Positions 36,681 to 44,647 of a stretch of DNA of 64,000 nucleotides are shown here, in pieces (positions within the stretch are counted from its first letter, which is position 1; each line of letters begins with the position of its first letter). Where the stretch lies: IMG/VR virus record IMGVR_UViG_3300025000_000057; one strand, written 5' to 3'. The notes under the pieces are model-generated. The model searched no databases. It was not told the origin of the DNA and saw nothing but the letters and a program-made list of their open reading frames with translations. A program made the translations under genes and the position numbers. The stretch comes from a virus. Its lineage: Duplodnaviria > Caudoviricetes.

Positions 36681-36760
36681 AGTTGGCATATCTCTAGAGC
36701 TCACATACAATATTCAGTGTGCCCAATGGAACCCACTTAAGACTGGCACACTGAATGACT
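36681..36760 (+). ncRNA. tRNA-leader structured element family A, copy 2
   Basis: 35/42 identity with copy 1 over the 5' half; shared AAGACTGGCACACTG(G/A)ATGAC; abuts tRNA-Ser. Confidence 0.65.
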
Positions 36761-36845
36761 GGAAGGTTGACAGAGCGGTAATGTGCTTGATTGCTAATCA
36801 AAGGCCAGGGTAACACCTGCATAGGTTCAAATCCTATACCTTCCG
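36761..36845 (+). tRNA. tRNA-Ser(GCT), lacks encoded CCA
   Basis: GGAAGGT/ACCTTCC, loop TT-GCT-AA, long variable arm, G73 then CTC. Confidence 0.88.
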
Positions 36846-37308
36846 CTCTAAACTAATTGGTGGTGATTATTATTTCTAATAAATATAAAAAGATTAGAAT
36901 AAACAAAAATACCACCAATAACGAACATAGATTAGTTATGGAAGCAAAACTTGGTAGAGAGTTACTTAGTTCTGAAATTGTTCATCACAAAGATGAATGT
37001 AAAGGAAATAATGAACCTAGTAATTTAGAATTGACCACAAGAAAAGAACATAGTAGATTACATATGCTTGGTAAGAAATTACCCGAATCAACTAGAGAAA
37101 AGATGAGAAATAGACCTAGTATAAAGGGTTCTAATCATGTTAATGCAAAACTTAATGAAAAACAGGTTGTATATATTAGATGTTTACTTAGTAATGGCTA
37201 TGGTATTAGAGAATTAGGAAGATTATTTGAAATACATCACAGTGTAATATCTGATATAAAGAATCGTTTAATATGGAAACATGTATTATAAGGGCCTATA
37301 CCTTCCGC
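36833..37308 (+). mobile_element. HNH cassette flanked by 14-bp direct repeats of the tRNA-Ser 3' end
   Basis: CCTATACCTTCCGC at 36833-36846 and 37295-37308 (second followed by CA, restoring CCA). Confidence 0.75.
36857..37291 (+). CDS. HNH homing endonuclease (HNH_3-like + C-terminal HTH)
   Basis: EHRLVME..LGRELLSSEIVHHKDECKGNNEPSNLEL...EHSRLH; GSNHVNAKLNEKQV..IR; very AT-rich. Confidence 0.88.
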   Translation: MVVIIISNKYKKIRINKNTTNNEHRLVMEAKLGRELLSSEIVHHKDECKGNNEPSNLELTTRKEHSRLHMLGKKLPESTREKMRNRPSIKGSNHVNAKLNEKQVVYIRCLLSNGYGIRELGRLFEIHHSVISDIKNRLIWKHVL

Positions 37309-37323
37309 CATTTATGGAATCAT

Positions 37324-37367
37324 GGAGAGTCGCAATTTATAAGTCGATTCTCCCTCTGTCTCCGCCA
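37324..37367 (+). pseudogene. tRNA-Ser-like remnant/minihelix
   Basis: GGAGA.../TCTCC-G-CCA ends, no D or anticodon arm. Confidence 0.35.
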
Positions 37368-37450
37368 GTATTAAATTGTAGACGGTTGATATTTTAATGG
37401 CTTTAGCATACCGGAACAATTAACTAAGCGAATAAAAGCCATTGCATTAC

Positions 37451-37535
37451 GGAGGGTAGGCCAACGGTGGTAAGCTGTCTTGAAAACAGTCGAGGTGTAA
37501 AAGCCTAGCGGGTTCGACTCCTGTACCCTCCGCCA
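37451..37535 (+). tRNA. tRNA-Ser(TGA)
   Basis: GGAGGGT/ACCCTCC, GCTGT-CTTGAAA-ACAGT, long variable arm, G73-CCA. Confidence 0.9.
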
Positions 37536-37599
37536 GGGATAACTGCTGATCCCAACCACTTTATCATGTGCTCAAGGAGTTGCGACCCTTGGGCCTCCT

Positions 37600-37676
37600 C
37601 GGGATGTAGCTTAGTTTGGTAAGGCGCCTACTTTAGGAGCAGGTAACTGGGAGTTCAAATCTCTCCACCCAGACCA
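37600..37676 (+). tRNA. tRNA with Leu(TAG) anticodon on a tRNA-Pro-like body
   Basis: CGGGATG start and D arm like tRNA-Pro at 38921; loop TT-TAG-GA; short variable loop; two acceptor mismatches. Confidence 0.6.
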
Positions 37677-37693
37677 GAGGGCTTCACGCCCTG

Positions 37694-37824
37694 TAGTGGC
37701 AGCTGCAAACGGCGCGACTTTAACCAGTGATATAACTCCATAAGCTGATGTAATATATCTGCTAATATGGGTAAAGGATCTATCACGGATTAAGGTACAC
37801 GTAGTCCACTAAATTGCAGCATTA
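37694..37824 (+). ncRNA. tRNA-leader structured element family B, copy 2
   Basis: same conserved ends as copy 1, different central hairpin; ends 1 nt before tRNA-Met-like gene. Confidence 0.7.
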
Positions 37825-37825
37825 T

Positions 37826-37901
37826 CGCAGGTTGGAGCAATTGGAAGCTCGTCAGTTTCATAAACTGGAGGTTGCCGGTTCGAGTCCGGCACTCGCAACC
37901 A
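37826..37901 (+). tRNA. tRNA-Met(CAT), initiator-like
   Basis: C1:A72 mismatch, loop TT-CAT-AA, CCA; lacks the three G-C anticodon-stem pairs. Confidence 0.75.
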
Positions 37902-37913
37902 AACATTAAAGGA

Positions 37914-38216
37914 GTGATATTTATAGATACAAATAAATTTATATTTCATGTATGTACGTTTCCAGATGAACCAGATTTAATTGTAGTTACGATCAATACT
38001 AAAGAATGTTGGAATAATTATCATTATCTTACTGATAGTTATACCAAAGAAGAGTGGGATATACTTAATCCCATATTAGATGAACTTTCTTTAGTAAGTT
38101 TAGCGGATTCTTCTTTTGAATCTATGATTGATAGAGACATACCCACTCTTGTAAAATTACTTATTTCTAAAGGTTTAGAGCAAGATTCTGAGTTTAGTAA
38201 CTGGATGGAGATCTAA
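37914..38216 (+). CDS. hypothetical protein
   Basis: AAAGGAG SD; AT-rich ORF inside tRNA array. Confidence 0.55.
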   Translation: MIFIDTNKFIFHVCTFPDEPDLIVVTINTKECWNNYHYLTDSYTKEEWDILNPILDELSLVSLADSSFESMIDRDIPTLVKLLISKGLEQDSEFSNWMEI

Positions 38217-38247
38217 AGATGAGTAATAGGTTGTAACCGATCATCTT

Positions 38248-38328
38248 CCGGGTGTAGCCCAATTGGTAGAGACATACGGTTTAAGCCCGTACCAGTGATT
38301 TAGGGTTCGAATCTCTCCATCCCGACCA
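38248..38328 (+). tRNA. second, degenerate tRNA-Leu(TAA)-like copy
   Basis: 32-nt identity with 36174 copy around the anticodon; 3' end CATCCCG-A-CCA identical to tRNA-Pro; insertion before T arm. Confidence 0.5.
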
Positions 38329-38702
38329 AAAATTAATTTAGGTGATGATTTAATGAACTTTAAGGAGTGAATAATATATTCGCAAAAAGTCATTATAATT
38401 GTTCTAATAATAGTAGTGAATTAGATGGTGTATATGTATTTGTTATGTCTGGCATTGAAAAAGATATGCTCGAAGAGGCTATAGGAAATGTAAATTTCGT
38501 TCCTAAAGATGTTTAGATAGGATTTGTAATTTAAAATCTATCGGTAAAGCATTTAGAAGAATCAATAACCCGATAGAATGTAATATTTCATATACGAAAG
38601 CACTTTTACAATTATTATTACAGTTGGAAGGAATTAAAGATGACAATTAAAAGAAAATTAGTATTTGTTATAACAATGGAATTTGATATGAAACTTATTT
38701 AA

Positions 38703-38777
38703 GGGCCTTTAGCTCAATGGTAGAGCATCCGGCTCATAACCGGTTGGTTGGGAGTTCGAATCTCTTAGGGCCCACCA
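38703..38777 (+). tRNA. tRNA-Ile2/Met(CAT)
   Basis: GGGCCTT/AGGGCCC acceptor and CCGG-CTCATAA-CCGG arm typical of Firmicute Ile2. Confidence 0.85.
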
Positions 38778-38920
38778 GAGCCTTATTAATAAGGCAGGAT
38801 TGACTACACCTTGAAGTAGTTGGGTTTCGGGCTGTACCCGGCATCGATAAGTATGTCAAAACAGTACTAACTTAGTGCTTCGACACTTTGACCGGGTCTT
38901 CCTATCTCCCCGGTCATTGT

Positions 38921-38997
38921 CGGGATGTGGCCTAGCTTGGTAAGGCGCCTGTTTTGGGAACAGGAAATCGGGGGTTCAAATCCCTCCATCCCGACCA
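38921..38997 (+). tRNA. tRNA-Pro(TGG)
   Basis: CGGGATG/CATCCCG, CCTGT-TTTGGGA-ACAGG, CCA. Confidence 0.95.
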
Positions 38998-39013
38998 TAA
39001 TAATCTTTTATCC

Positions 39014-39046
39014 AAGACTGTAGTATTTTACTATAGTCTTTATTTT
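39014..39046 (+). terminator. terminator closing the tRNA array
   Basis: AAGACTGTAGTA-TTT-TACTATAGTCTT followed by TATTTT. Confidence 0.6.
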
Positions 39047-39063
39047 ATAAAGGAGGTGATACT

Positions 39064-39486
39064 ATGAAATGGGTACCAGGCCCTGTTATGCAAGACTGGC
39101 TATTTGCTCTAACATTAAAAGAGCAGACAGTTCTTTTACTAAGTCTAAGGGGGTCGGATATAGGAGCTACAGTAGAGGTTAAATCATTAACCAGGTGGAT
39201 ACGTTCTATCGTTTTAAGAAATGCGGCACCGGATAAGACATTCATGAAACGTACTTATTTTGGTAGGATAATAGATATGGCAGAGGCTAATCCTCCTGCA
39301 TTTGATATGTTATCTGTACACGTATTCGGTCATCTGATGCATGCATTTGAAATAATAGGGTACAAGCACCCGGATACCGTCGTCCGGGCAAAGGCATTAC
39401 AAGCATATTTAGATCTTTGCGAGTACATGCATGTTAATCCGGAAACCGAAGTAGAGATGTCCGCTAGACTAAGTGACGAGGTGTAA
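39064..39486 (+). CDS. hypothetical protein
   Basis: AGGAGG SD; 140 aa. Confidence 0.7.
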   Translation: MKWVPGPVMQDWLFALTLKEQTVLLLSLRGSDIGATVEVKSLTRWIRSIVLRNAAPDKTFMKRTYFGRIIDMAEANPPAFDMLSVHVFGHLMHAFEIIGYKHPDTVVRAKALQAYLDLCEYMHVNPETEVEMSARLSDEV

Positions 39487-39490
39487 TAAC

Positions 39491-39784
39491 ATGAGAGATA
39501 TAAAGGAAATAGAAGAGGACATAAGAAGTAGGCAACAATGTATTAATAAATTAAATAAAGAAATCATCGTATTTCAAAGAGAACTTCTTGAGACTAAGAC
39601 AGGTTTTAAACCTGATGATATAGTAGAAGATCGCGAAGGACGTCGTGGCGCTCTTTGTCATTGCGAAGGTTACACTCCTTCTTCTTGGTATTGGAGGAGA
39701 TTTAAAAAGGACGGAACCCTTTATAAATCTGTCGAGTATCTACCTCCGAATGTAATCTTGATAGAAAAGAAAGGACGAGAGTAG
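39491..39784 (+). CDS. hypothetical protein
   Basis: coiled-coil N-terminus; ATG 39491. Confidence 0.6.
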   Translation: MRDIKEIEEDIRSRQQCINKLNKEIIVFQRELLETKTGFKPDDIVEDREGRRGALCHCEGYTPSSWYWRRFKKDGTLYKSVEYLPPNVILIEKKGRE

Positions 39785-40645
39785 ATGTGTAAACCGTTTA
39801 TCAAATGCTTAGGAGGAAAGGGTAGTATAACAGATGAGTTAATGCAGAGAATGCCTGCAGCGTATAATAGATACGCTGAACCTTTTGTAGGTGGCGGCGC
39901 ATTATACTTTAAACTCCATTCGCTTGGTCTTATGAATGGCAAACATGCTATCTTGATAGATGGTAATAAAGACACCGCTATTTGCTACATGGCTATTAAA
40001 ACGAATCCTGGTGGTGTATTGCAAGAGATAAGGAACCTACTTGCCAGATATCCATTTAACAAGCATCCAGGCGACCATATTACCGAAGGTAACTATTACA
40101 AGGTAAGAGAATTCGATAGAGACTCTGGATGGAATCCCTCGCCAGAGGAACGGGCCGCTCGGTACATATACTTAAATAAGACTTGCTTTAATGGGTTGAG
40201 CCGCTATAATAAAAAGGGGCAATTTAACGCTCCTATAGGTAACTATAAGAATCCAATCATCTACGACTCATTACTCATTACGTCTGTAGCATCTACTCTT
40301 AAAGGACAAGTCATTATCCATGGAGACTTCGAATTGGTAGAGCCGTATATATCAGCAGGAGACTTTATATATTTCGATCCTCCATATAAGCCTATCTCTG
40401 ATACGGCAAAATTCACAGAGTACACAGACAAGGGCTTTCCTGATACAGAGCATATCAGACTTAAGAATCTAATCGATAGACTGACTGCAAAGGATGTCTT
40501 TTGTATGTGCAGTAACTCTGCACATACGGATATAAAAACATTGTTTCAAGGATATAAGATCGATACAGTACACGTACGAAGGAATGTTAACTCTAAAGGT
40601 ACCGGCCGATCTGAAGTTCCTGAATATATAATCATGAATTATTAA
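39785..40645 (+). CDS. dam: Dam-family DNA adenine methyltransferase
   Basis: KCLGGKG, YAEPFVGGGALYF, YLNKTCFNGL.RYN..GQFNAP.G, YFDPPY. Confidence 0.93.
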   Translation: MCKPFIKCLGGKGSITDELMQRMPAAYNRYAEPFVGGGALYFKLHSLGLMNGKHAILIDGNKDTAICYMAIKTNPGGVLQEIRNLLARYPFNKHPGDHITEGNYYKVREFDRDSGWNPSPEERAARYIYLNKTCFNGLSRYNKKGQFNAPIGNYKNPIIYDSLLITSVASTLKGQVIIHGDFELVEPYISAGDFIYFDPPYKPISDTAKFTEYTDKGFPDTEHIRLKNLIDRLTAKDVFCMCSNSAHTDIKTLFQGYKIDTVHVRRNVNSKGTGRSEVPEYIIMNY

Positions 40646-40659
40646 AAAGAGGTGATACT

Positions 40660-40992
40660 ATGATCGAGTACGCTATATTTATATGGACAAGATTTATCGA
40701 TCTTACCTGGTGGCAAATGATTCTATGGATATGTTATCTGTTTTACTTTGGGGTAAGGGCTCGCGATTTCTGGATAGAGACAAGAGAAGGAGGCTTAATA
40801 AAGGGATACAGGCATGTGATGTTTGGATGTGATAAATACTTCAGGGTATATCATATTTTTAGAATCGTATTTGATATACCACCGGCAATTATAGGGTTAT
40901 TCTTTCCTATACTGCGTAAGGTATTCTCGTATAAGATTTATACATTTAAGAATGATCCTAAGAATAACTTCAATAGTAATAGTGATTTATGA
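40660..40992 (+). CDS. membrane protein
   Basis: two hydrophobic segments; GAGGTG SD. Confidence 0.6.
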   Translation: MIEYAIFIWTRFIDLTWWQMILWICYLFYFGVRARDFWIETREGGLIKGYRHVMFGCDKYFRVYHIFRIVFDIPPAIIGLFFPILRKVFSYKIYTFKNDPKNNFNSNSDL

Positions 40993-41150
40993 ATAATGTA
41001 GTCGATGTGTTTAGAAATCATGAAGGATATTACATTCTTTTCAAGAGTGGTAGACTACGTAAAGCACCTAAATGGTATTACGATAGAGCTGCTGCTCACG
41101 TTAGGGAAAGACTATTTAAGCAGAGAATAAAAAGCGAAAGGAAACGGTGA
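40989..41150 (+). CDS. small basic protein (53 aa)
   Basis: MNNVVDVFRNHEG..., ATGA overlap with upstream stop. Confidence 0.5.
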   Translation: MNNVVDVFRNHEGYYILFKSGRLRKAPKWYYDRAAAHVRERLFKQRIKSERKR

Positions 41151-41172
41151 TACTAACACATGAGTAGCACTT

Positions 41173-41283
41173 ATGAATACTAAGACATGGATTATACTAA
41201 CTGTAATAGCAATTGTAACTGGATTAATAACCGGTTACTATATGTTCGATGATTTTTGGGACAATATTAAAGTTAATGAGTAA
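41173..41283 (+). CDS. small membrane peptide (36 aa)
   Basis: MNTKTWIILTVIAIVTGLITGYYMF... Confidence 0.45.
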   Translation: MNTKTWIILTVIAIVTGLITGYYMFDDFWDNIKVNE

Positions 41284-41310
41284 AGACGGGAGCAATTAAG
41301 CCCCGTCTTT
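41282..41310. terminator. bidirectional terminator at the +/- strand convergence
   Basis: AAAGACGGG...CCCGTCTTT. Confidence 0.7.
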
Positions 41311-42207
41311 CGTATTGAATAACTGTATTTTTCCTTCGGTACTACTCTCGATCCATTCGTCTGTAAATCCATTCTCGTAAGAGGTAAAGAACCAGACTAC
41401 ATTTGTTTCCGCACATAACGCAGAAAGCTCTTCAGTACGTTTCCATGTTGTTGTAGTACATAATACGATCGGGAATTGTAACTCACTGTCTTTCTGCCAA
41501 TGCCGGCTATCAAAATACAATTGATACCTGGCTATTTTCTCCTTCCACTGCTTTAAAGACATCGTTCCTCTATCGTGCTCGTAAAAGAAATGGAACCCAT
41601 CTTCTTTATTAAACCAGTACTGACAATACCCATCCGGCTCTAACCTATAATTAAGTTCATCCATTTCAAACGATACATAATTATGATGCTCTACCTTCCA
41701 CACTCCAGGGAGATGGCCCGCTACCTTAGCGTTATTGACCAGCCATTCTCTGAAGCTATTAATCTCTATAATATGGGCTAAGTAAGGTATTTGTACATCA
41801 TTCCTTTCTTTCTTCCACTTTAATTCTTTCATAGTACATCCCCACCATCCTGCTAGTATCATAGCCCCTATAACATCAAGTGTTACATACTGTGGAGAAC
41901 TCCCCTTATTTAACCCAGGGTCTACAAAGAATCGGTCAATTATATGCCACCGGTAATATTGTTTAAGCCTCCGCCTAGCTATGATGTCTGCGATCTTATT
42001 CGGGTTACCATTAGAGTCTATACCAAAGAATTCACTACCCAGGTGTCTTGGTATCACACATTTGCGGTAATATACCGCCTCCAGAACCTTCAAATCCCGG
42101 GGTTGAAGTACTCGACTTTTTAATAGCTCCTGGTATAGCCTTAAGGGATCCTCTAGGTTTATCCTTTCGTACTTTGATATTTTGCGGTTGCTTTTGAATG
42201 GTAGCAT
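41296..42207 (-). CDS. replication-relaxation (Replic_Relax-like) protein
   Basis: LQPRDLKVLEAVY...ARRRLKQY...HIIEIN...LEPDG...FFYEHDRGTMS...KIARY...FPIVL. Confidence 0.8.
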   Translation of the reverse strand: MLPFKSNRKISKYERINLEDPLRLYQELLKSRVLQPRDLKVLEAVYYRKCVIPRHLGSEFFGIDSNGNPNKIADIIARRRLKQYYRWHIIDRFFVDPGLNKGSSPQYVTLDVIGAMILAGWWGCTMKELKWKKERNDVQIPYLAHIIEINSFREWLVNNAKVAGHLPGVWKVEHHNYVSFEMDELNYRLEPDGYCQYWFNKEDGFHFFYEHDRGTMSLKQWKEKIARYQLYFDSRHWQKDSELQFPIVLCTTTTWKRTEELSALCAETNVVWFFTSYENGFTDEWIESSTEGKIQLFNTKDGA

Positions 42208-44647
42208 CTGTTACCGTATCCTCCTTGGTAGTCTTGTATCTTGCTTCTATATCTCTAAAGCACTGCATAATTGACACATGATCTCTTGTATGGAGTTTAT
42301 TAATAGTTTCAGTAACCTTTCCGTAATCCTTAAACAGTTTCCAATATAAAGGAGTATAGAAGGTGAAGGGTTCGGGTGATAATTTCTTCATCCTACAAAC
42401 TCCTTCAAGTCCTTCGTTTATATCACAAGTAAAGCTCGTCATATCCTGAGATTCAAAGCCCGGAAACATCTTGGAGATAACCGGGGCCGAAGCGTCTCCA
42501 ATATTCATAGCGACCTGTGTAAATGTATTATCAGCAATAATATCAAATATCCTATCCGGCAACTGGCTTTTAGCCTGGTGAGTTAAGATAAGACCATTAC
42601 CACATTCACGAGCCATAGCTAGGAGTCTTTCAAACTCAACAGGATCTTTAGCAAATTCCTCGAATTCGTCTAGGATAGTAACATGAGTCTCTCTGTCATT
42701 CTCGTGCCGACCATCTTTTAACCTTTTAAAGGTATCTTGCCGTATCATAGTCATTAACATAGTGGCAAAGAGCCTTTGAATTTCAGGAGTATTAGTCCCT
42801 ATATTGAGATTGATTAATACAATCTTCTTCTCATTCATAAATCTCTCCCAATTTAAAACGTTACTTCTTTGAGAGAGCATCATACGAGGTCTAGTACTTT
42901 GCATAATCTTCTCTAACTTATTAATAATCGGCTGAGCATCCGGGTCATCATAAGCATTTTTCTTCCCTACGAACTTCTTCCAGTACTCATAAACTTCTGT
43001 GTACTTCCCCTGTTGGTATAACCTCTCTAGATCTTCTAATCTTCTTCTACGATAATTACTATCAGTAAACATTCGGTATACTTCCATTATGGTACCATTC
43101 TTATCATTGACGGAAACGGCTAACACAGCCTGTCGCAGTACCTTCTGACTTCGAGCTTGAATGGATTTCTCTCCAAAGGCACTAATGAATATATCCACAA
43201 TTAGGTTTGCTAAATCATATGGTGGCATACTTACAGCCATGATATTCATTGGTATAAAGAAATCATCACTAGAGAGGTCTACGTATACGACACGCTCTCT
43301 TTCACTCTTATTTAGATACCCTATAAATCTATCCAAAGTGGTACCCTTAACATCAAAGAATGTAAGTCCGGCTTTTTTAATAACAGCAAGAGCCATGGAT
43401 ATTAACATAGTACTCTTACCAGCACCGGTACCTCCTATAATATAAGCATGTTGTCTTAGCATCTTTACATCTCTAAAGGCAAGCCATTTAGTTCTACCCC
43501 TAAATGTAGAGTATCCAAATGGTATTGCATTATCGTTAATGGCATCCCAGAATGTTTTGTATGTCAGGACTTCTTCTGGAACGGGTAGTTTCTTACTCTT
43601 GAGTCTTTCCACATAGGGTACTCTTTTATCCGGGAAGTGTACAAAATAAGCAAGTTCATTACTTGATAAAAGGTTCTCTGTTACATAAGGAGGTATCTTT
43701 CTTTTACAGAAGTTATCAATCCATTTATTCGTAGGTTTTACCTTATTTACTATAAAGCTATTACCATCACTTATTGTGGCAAAAGCGCTGGCCATAGTAG
43801 ATAAGTTACTCATAGCTACAGCATCGTTACTAGCTATGGCTATAATGCGAATATGGGTATCAAATAGTATCCCGCTGTTAATCTTATCTTTCATCTTTTT
43901 AATATCTATGTTACTGTACTTGGGTGCTGGTATATTCTTAGTACCTAGTATGTAAATTGCATTTCCTAGTGTTAGTATAGGCCCGAATACCTCTGTAATC
44001 ATCTTAAGGTTACTGTTTAATTTAAGAGGTTCGCTATGGGTTTTTGCATAGTTATTGAGATAGAATTTACCTTTCTCAATATATCTACCGGATACCGGTC
44101 TTGTTAAAATCTGTACTATCACCTCGCAACCTGATGCTAAATTTGTACCTGCGGATATTATATTAGTTACAGGGTCTCCAGGCATCTTCTCTCCACGAAT
44201 CATCTCTATATTGAAGATATAGTTCTTTGCTAATTCAAGTTCGATTGCTTTAACCGACCGCCCTTTGAATCTATCCAGAGTTAACGGATCTTTAATAGGT
44301 TTTAACTCAGCAGCTTTATGCACGGCATTTAAGGTTCGCTGCATAGTATTATCCAGTCTACGAGGGTACCATTGAATCATCTTAGCTTTATGCTCTGAGA
44401 AATGGAATTCAGTAGAGAAATGCATTGGCACCTCGCATCTACCAAGTACGCCTAAAGAATCCCAGTAATTCTTTAAGGCTTGCGCCCCTAACTCTGAATT
44501 CCTTTCGACCAATACCTGCCTTGTAACTCCGGTGGTTAATACGTCGTCCATTTGTTTTCCAACCATATAATCTCTGATAGCTTTAATGCCGGCACTGGTA
44601 GTAATAGTTGCTCCTAATACTCCTCCTATGATTAAACTTACTCCCAT
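42035..44647 (-). CDS. VirD4/TrwB-like (FtsK-HerA superfamily) coupling ATPase with N-terminal anchor
   Basis: HAYIIGGTGAGKST, FFDVKG, ILDEFEEF, ARECGNGLILTHQAKSQL. Confidence 0.88.
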   Translation of the reverse strand: MGVSLIIGGVLGATITTSAGIKAIRDYMVGKQMDDVLTTGVTRQVLVERNSELGAQALKNYWDSLGVLGRCEVPMHFSTEFHFSEHKAKMIQWYPRRLDNTMQRTLNAVHKAAELKPIKDPLTLDRFKGRSVKAIELELAKNYIFNIEMIRGEKMPGDPVTNIISAGTNLASGCEVIVQILTRPVSGRYIEKGKFYLNNYAKTHSEPLKLNSNLKMITEVFGPILTLGNAIYILGTKNIPAPKYSNIDIKKMKDKINSGILFDTHIRIIAIASNDAVAMSNLSTMASAFATISDGNSFIVNKVKPTNKWIDNFCKRKIPPYVTENLLSSNELAYFVHFPDKRVPYVERLKSKKLPVPEEVLTYKTFWDAINDNAIPFGYSTFRGRTKWLAFRDVKMLRQHAYIIGGTGAGKSTMLISMALAVIKKAGLTFFDVKGTTLDRFIGYLNKSERERVVYVDLSSDDFFIPMNIMAVSMPPYDLANLIVDIFISAFGEKSIQARSQKVLRQAVLAVSVNDKNGTIMEVYRMFTDSNYRRRRLEDLERLYQQGKYTEVYEYWKKFVGKKNAYDDPDAQPIINKLEKIMQSTRPRMMLSQRSNVLNWERFMNEKKIVLINLNIGTNTPEIQRLFATMLMTMIRQDTFKRLKDGRHENDRETHVTILDEFEEFAKDPVEFERLLAMARECGNGLILTHQAKSQLPDRIFDIIADNTFTQVAMNIGDASAPVISKMFPGFESQDMTSFTCDINEGLEGVCRMKKLSPEPFTFYTPLYWKLFKDYGKVTETINKLHTRDHVSIMQCFRDIEARYKTTKEDTVTDATIQKQPQNIKVRKDKPRGSLKAIPGAIKKSSTSTPGFEGSGGGILPQMCDTKTPG

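Noticed and set aside
36833-37308. 14-bp repeat as the phage attL/attR
   Set aside because: It encloses only the 435-bp HNH gene; no integrase, and phage genes continue on both sides.
35895-37559. ORFs 35895-36125(+) and 37371-37559(-)
   Set aside because: They overlap tRNA genes and structured RNA; considered spurious.
38330-38700. Coding region in the AT-rich stretch within the tRNA array
   Set aside because: Only short broken frames after SD-like sites; possibly a decayed insertion, not supportable as a gene.
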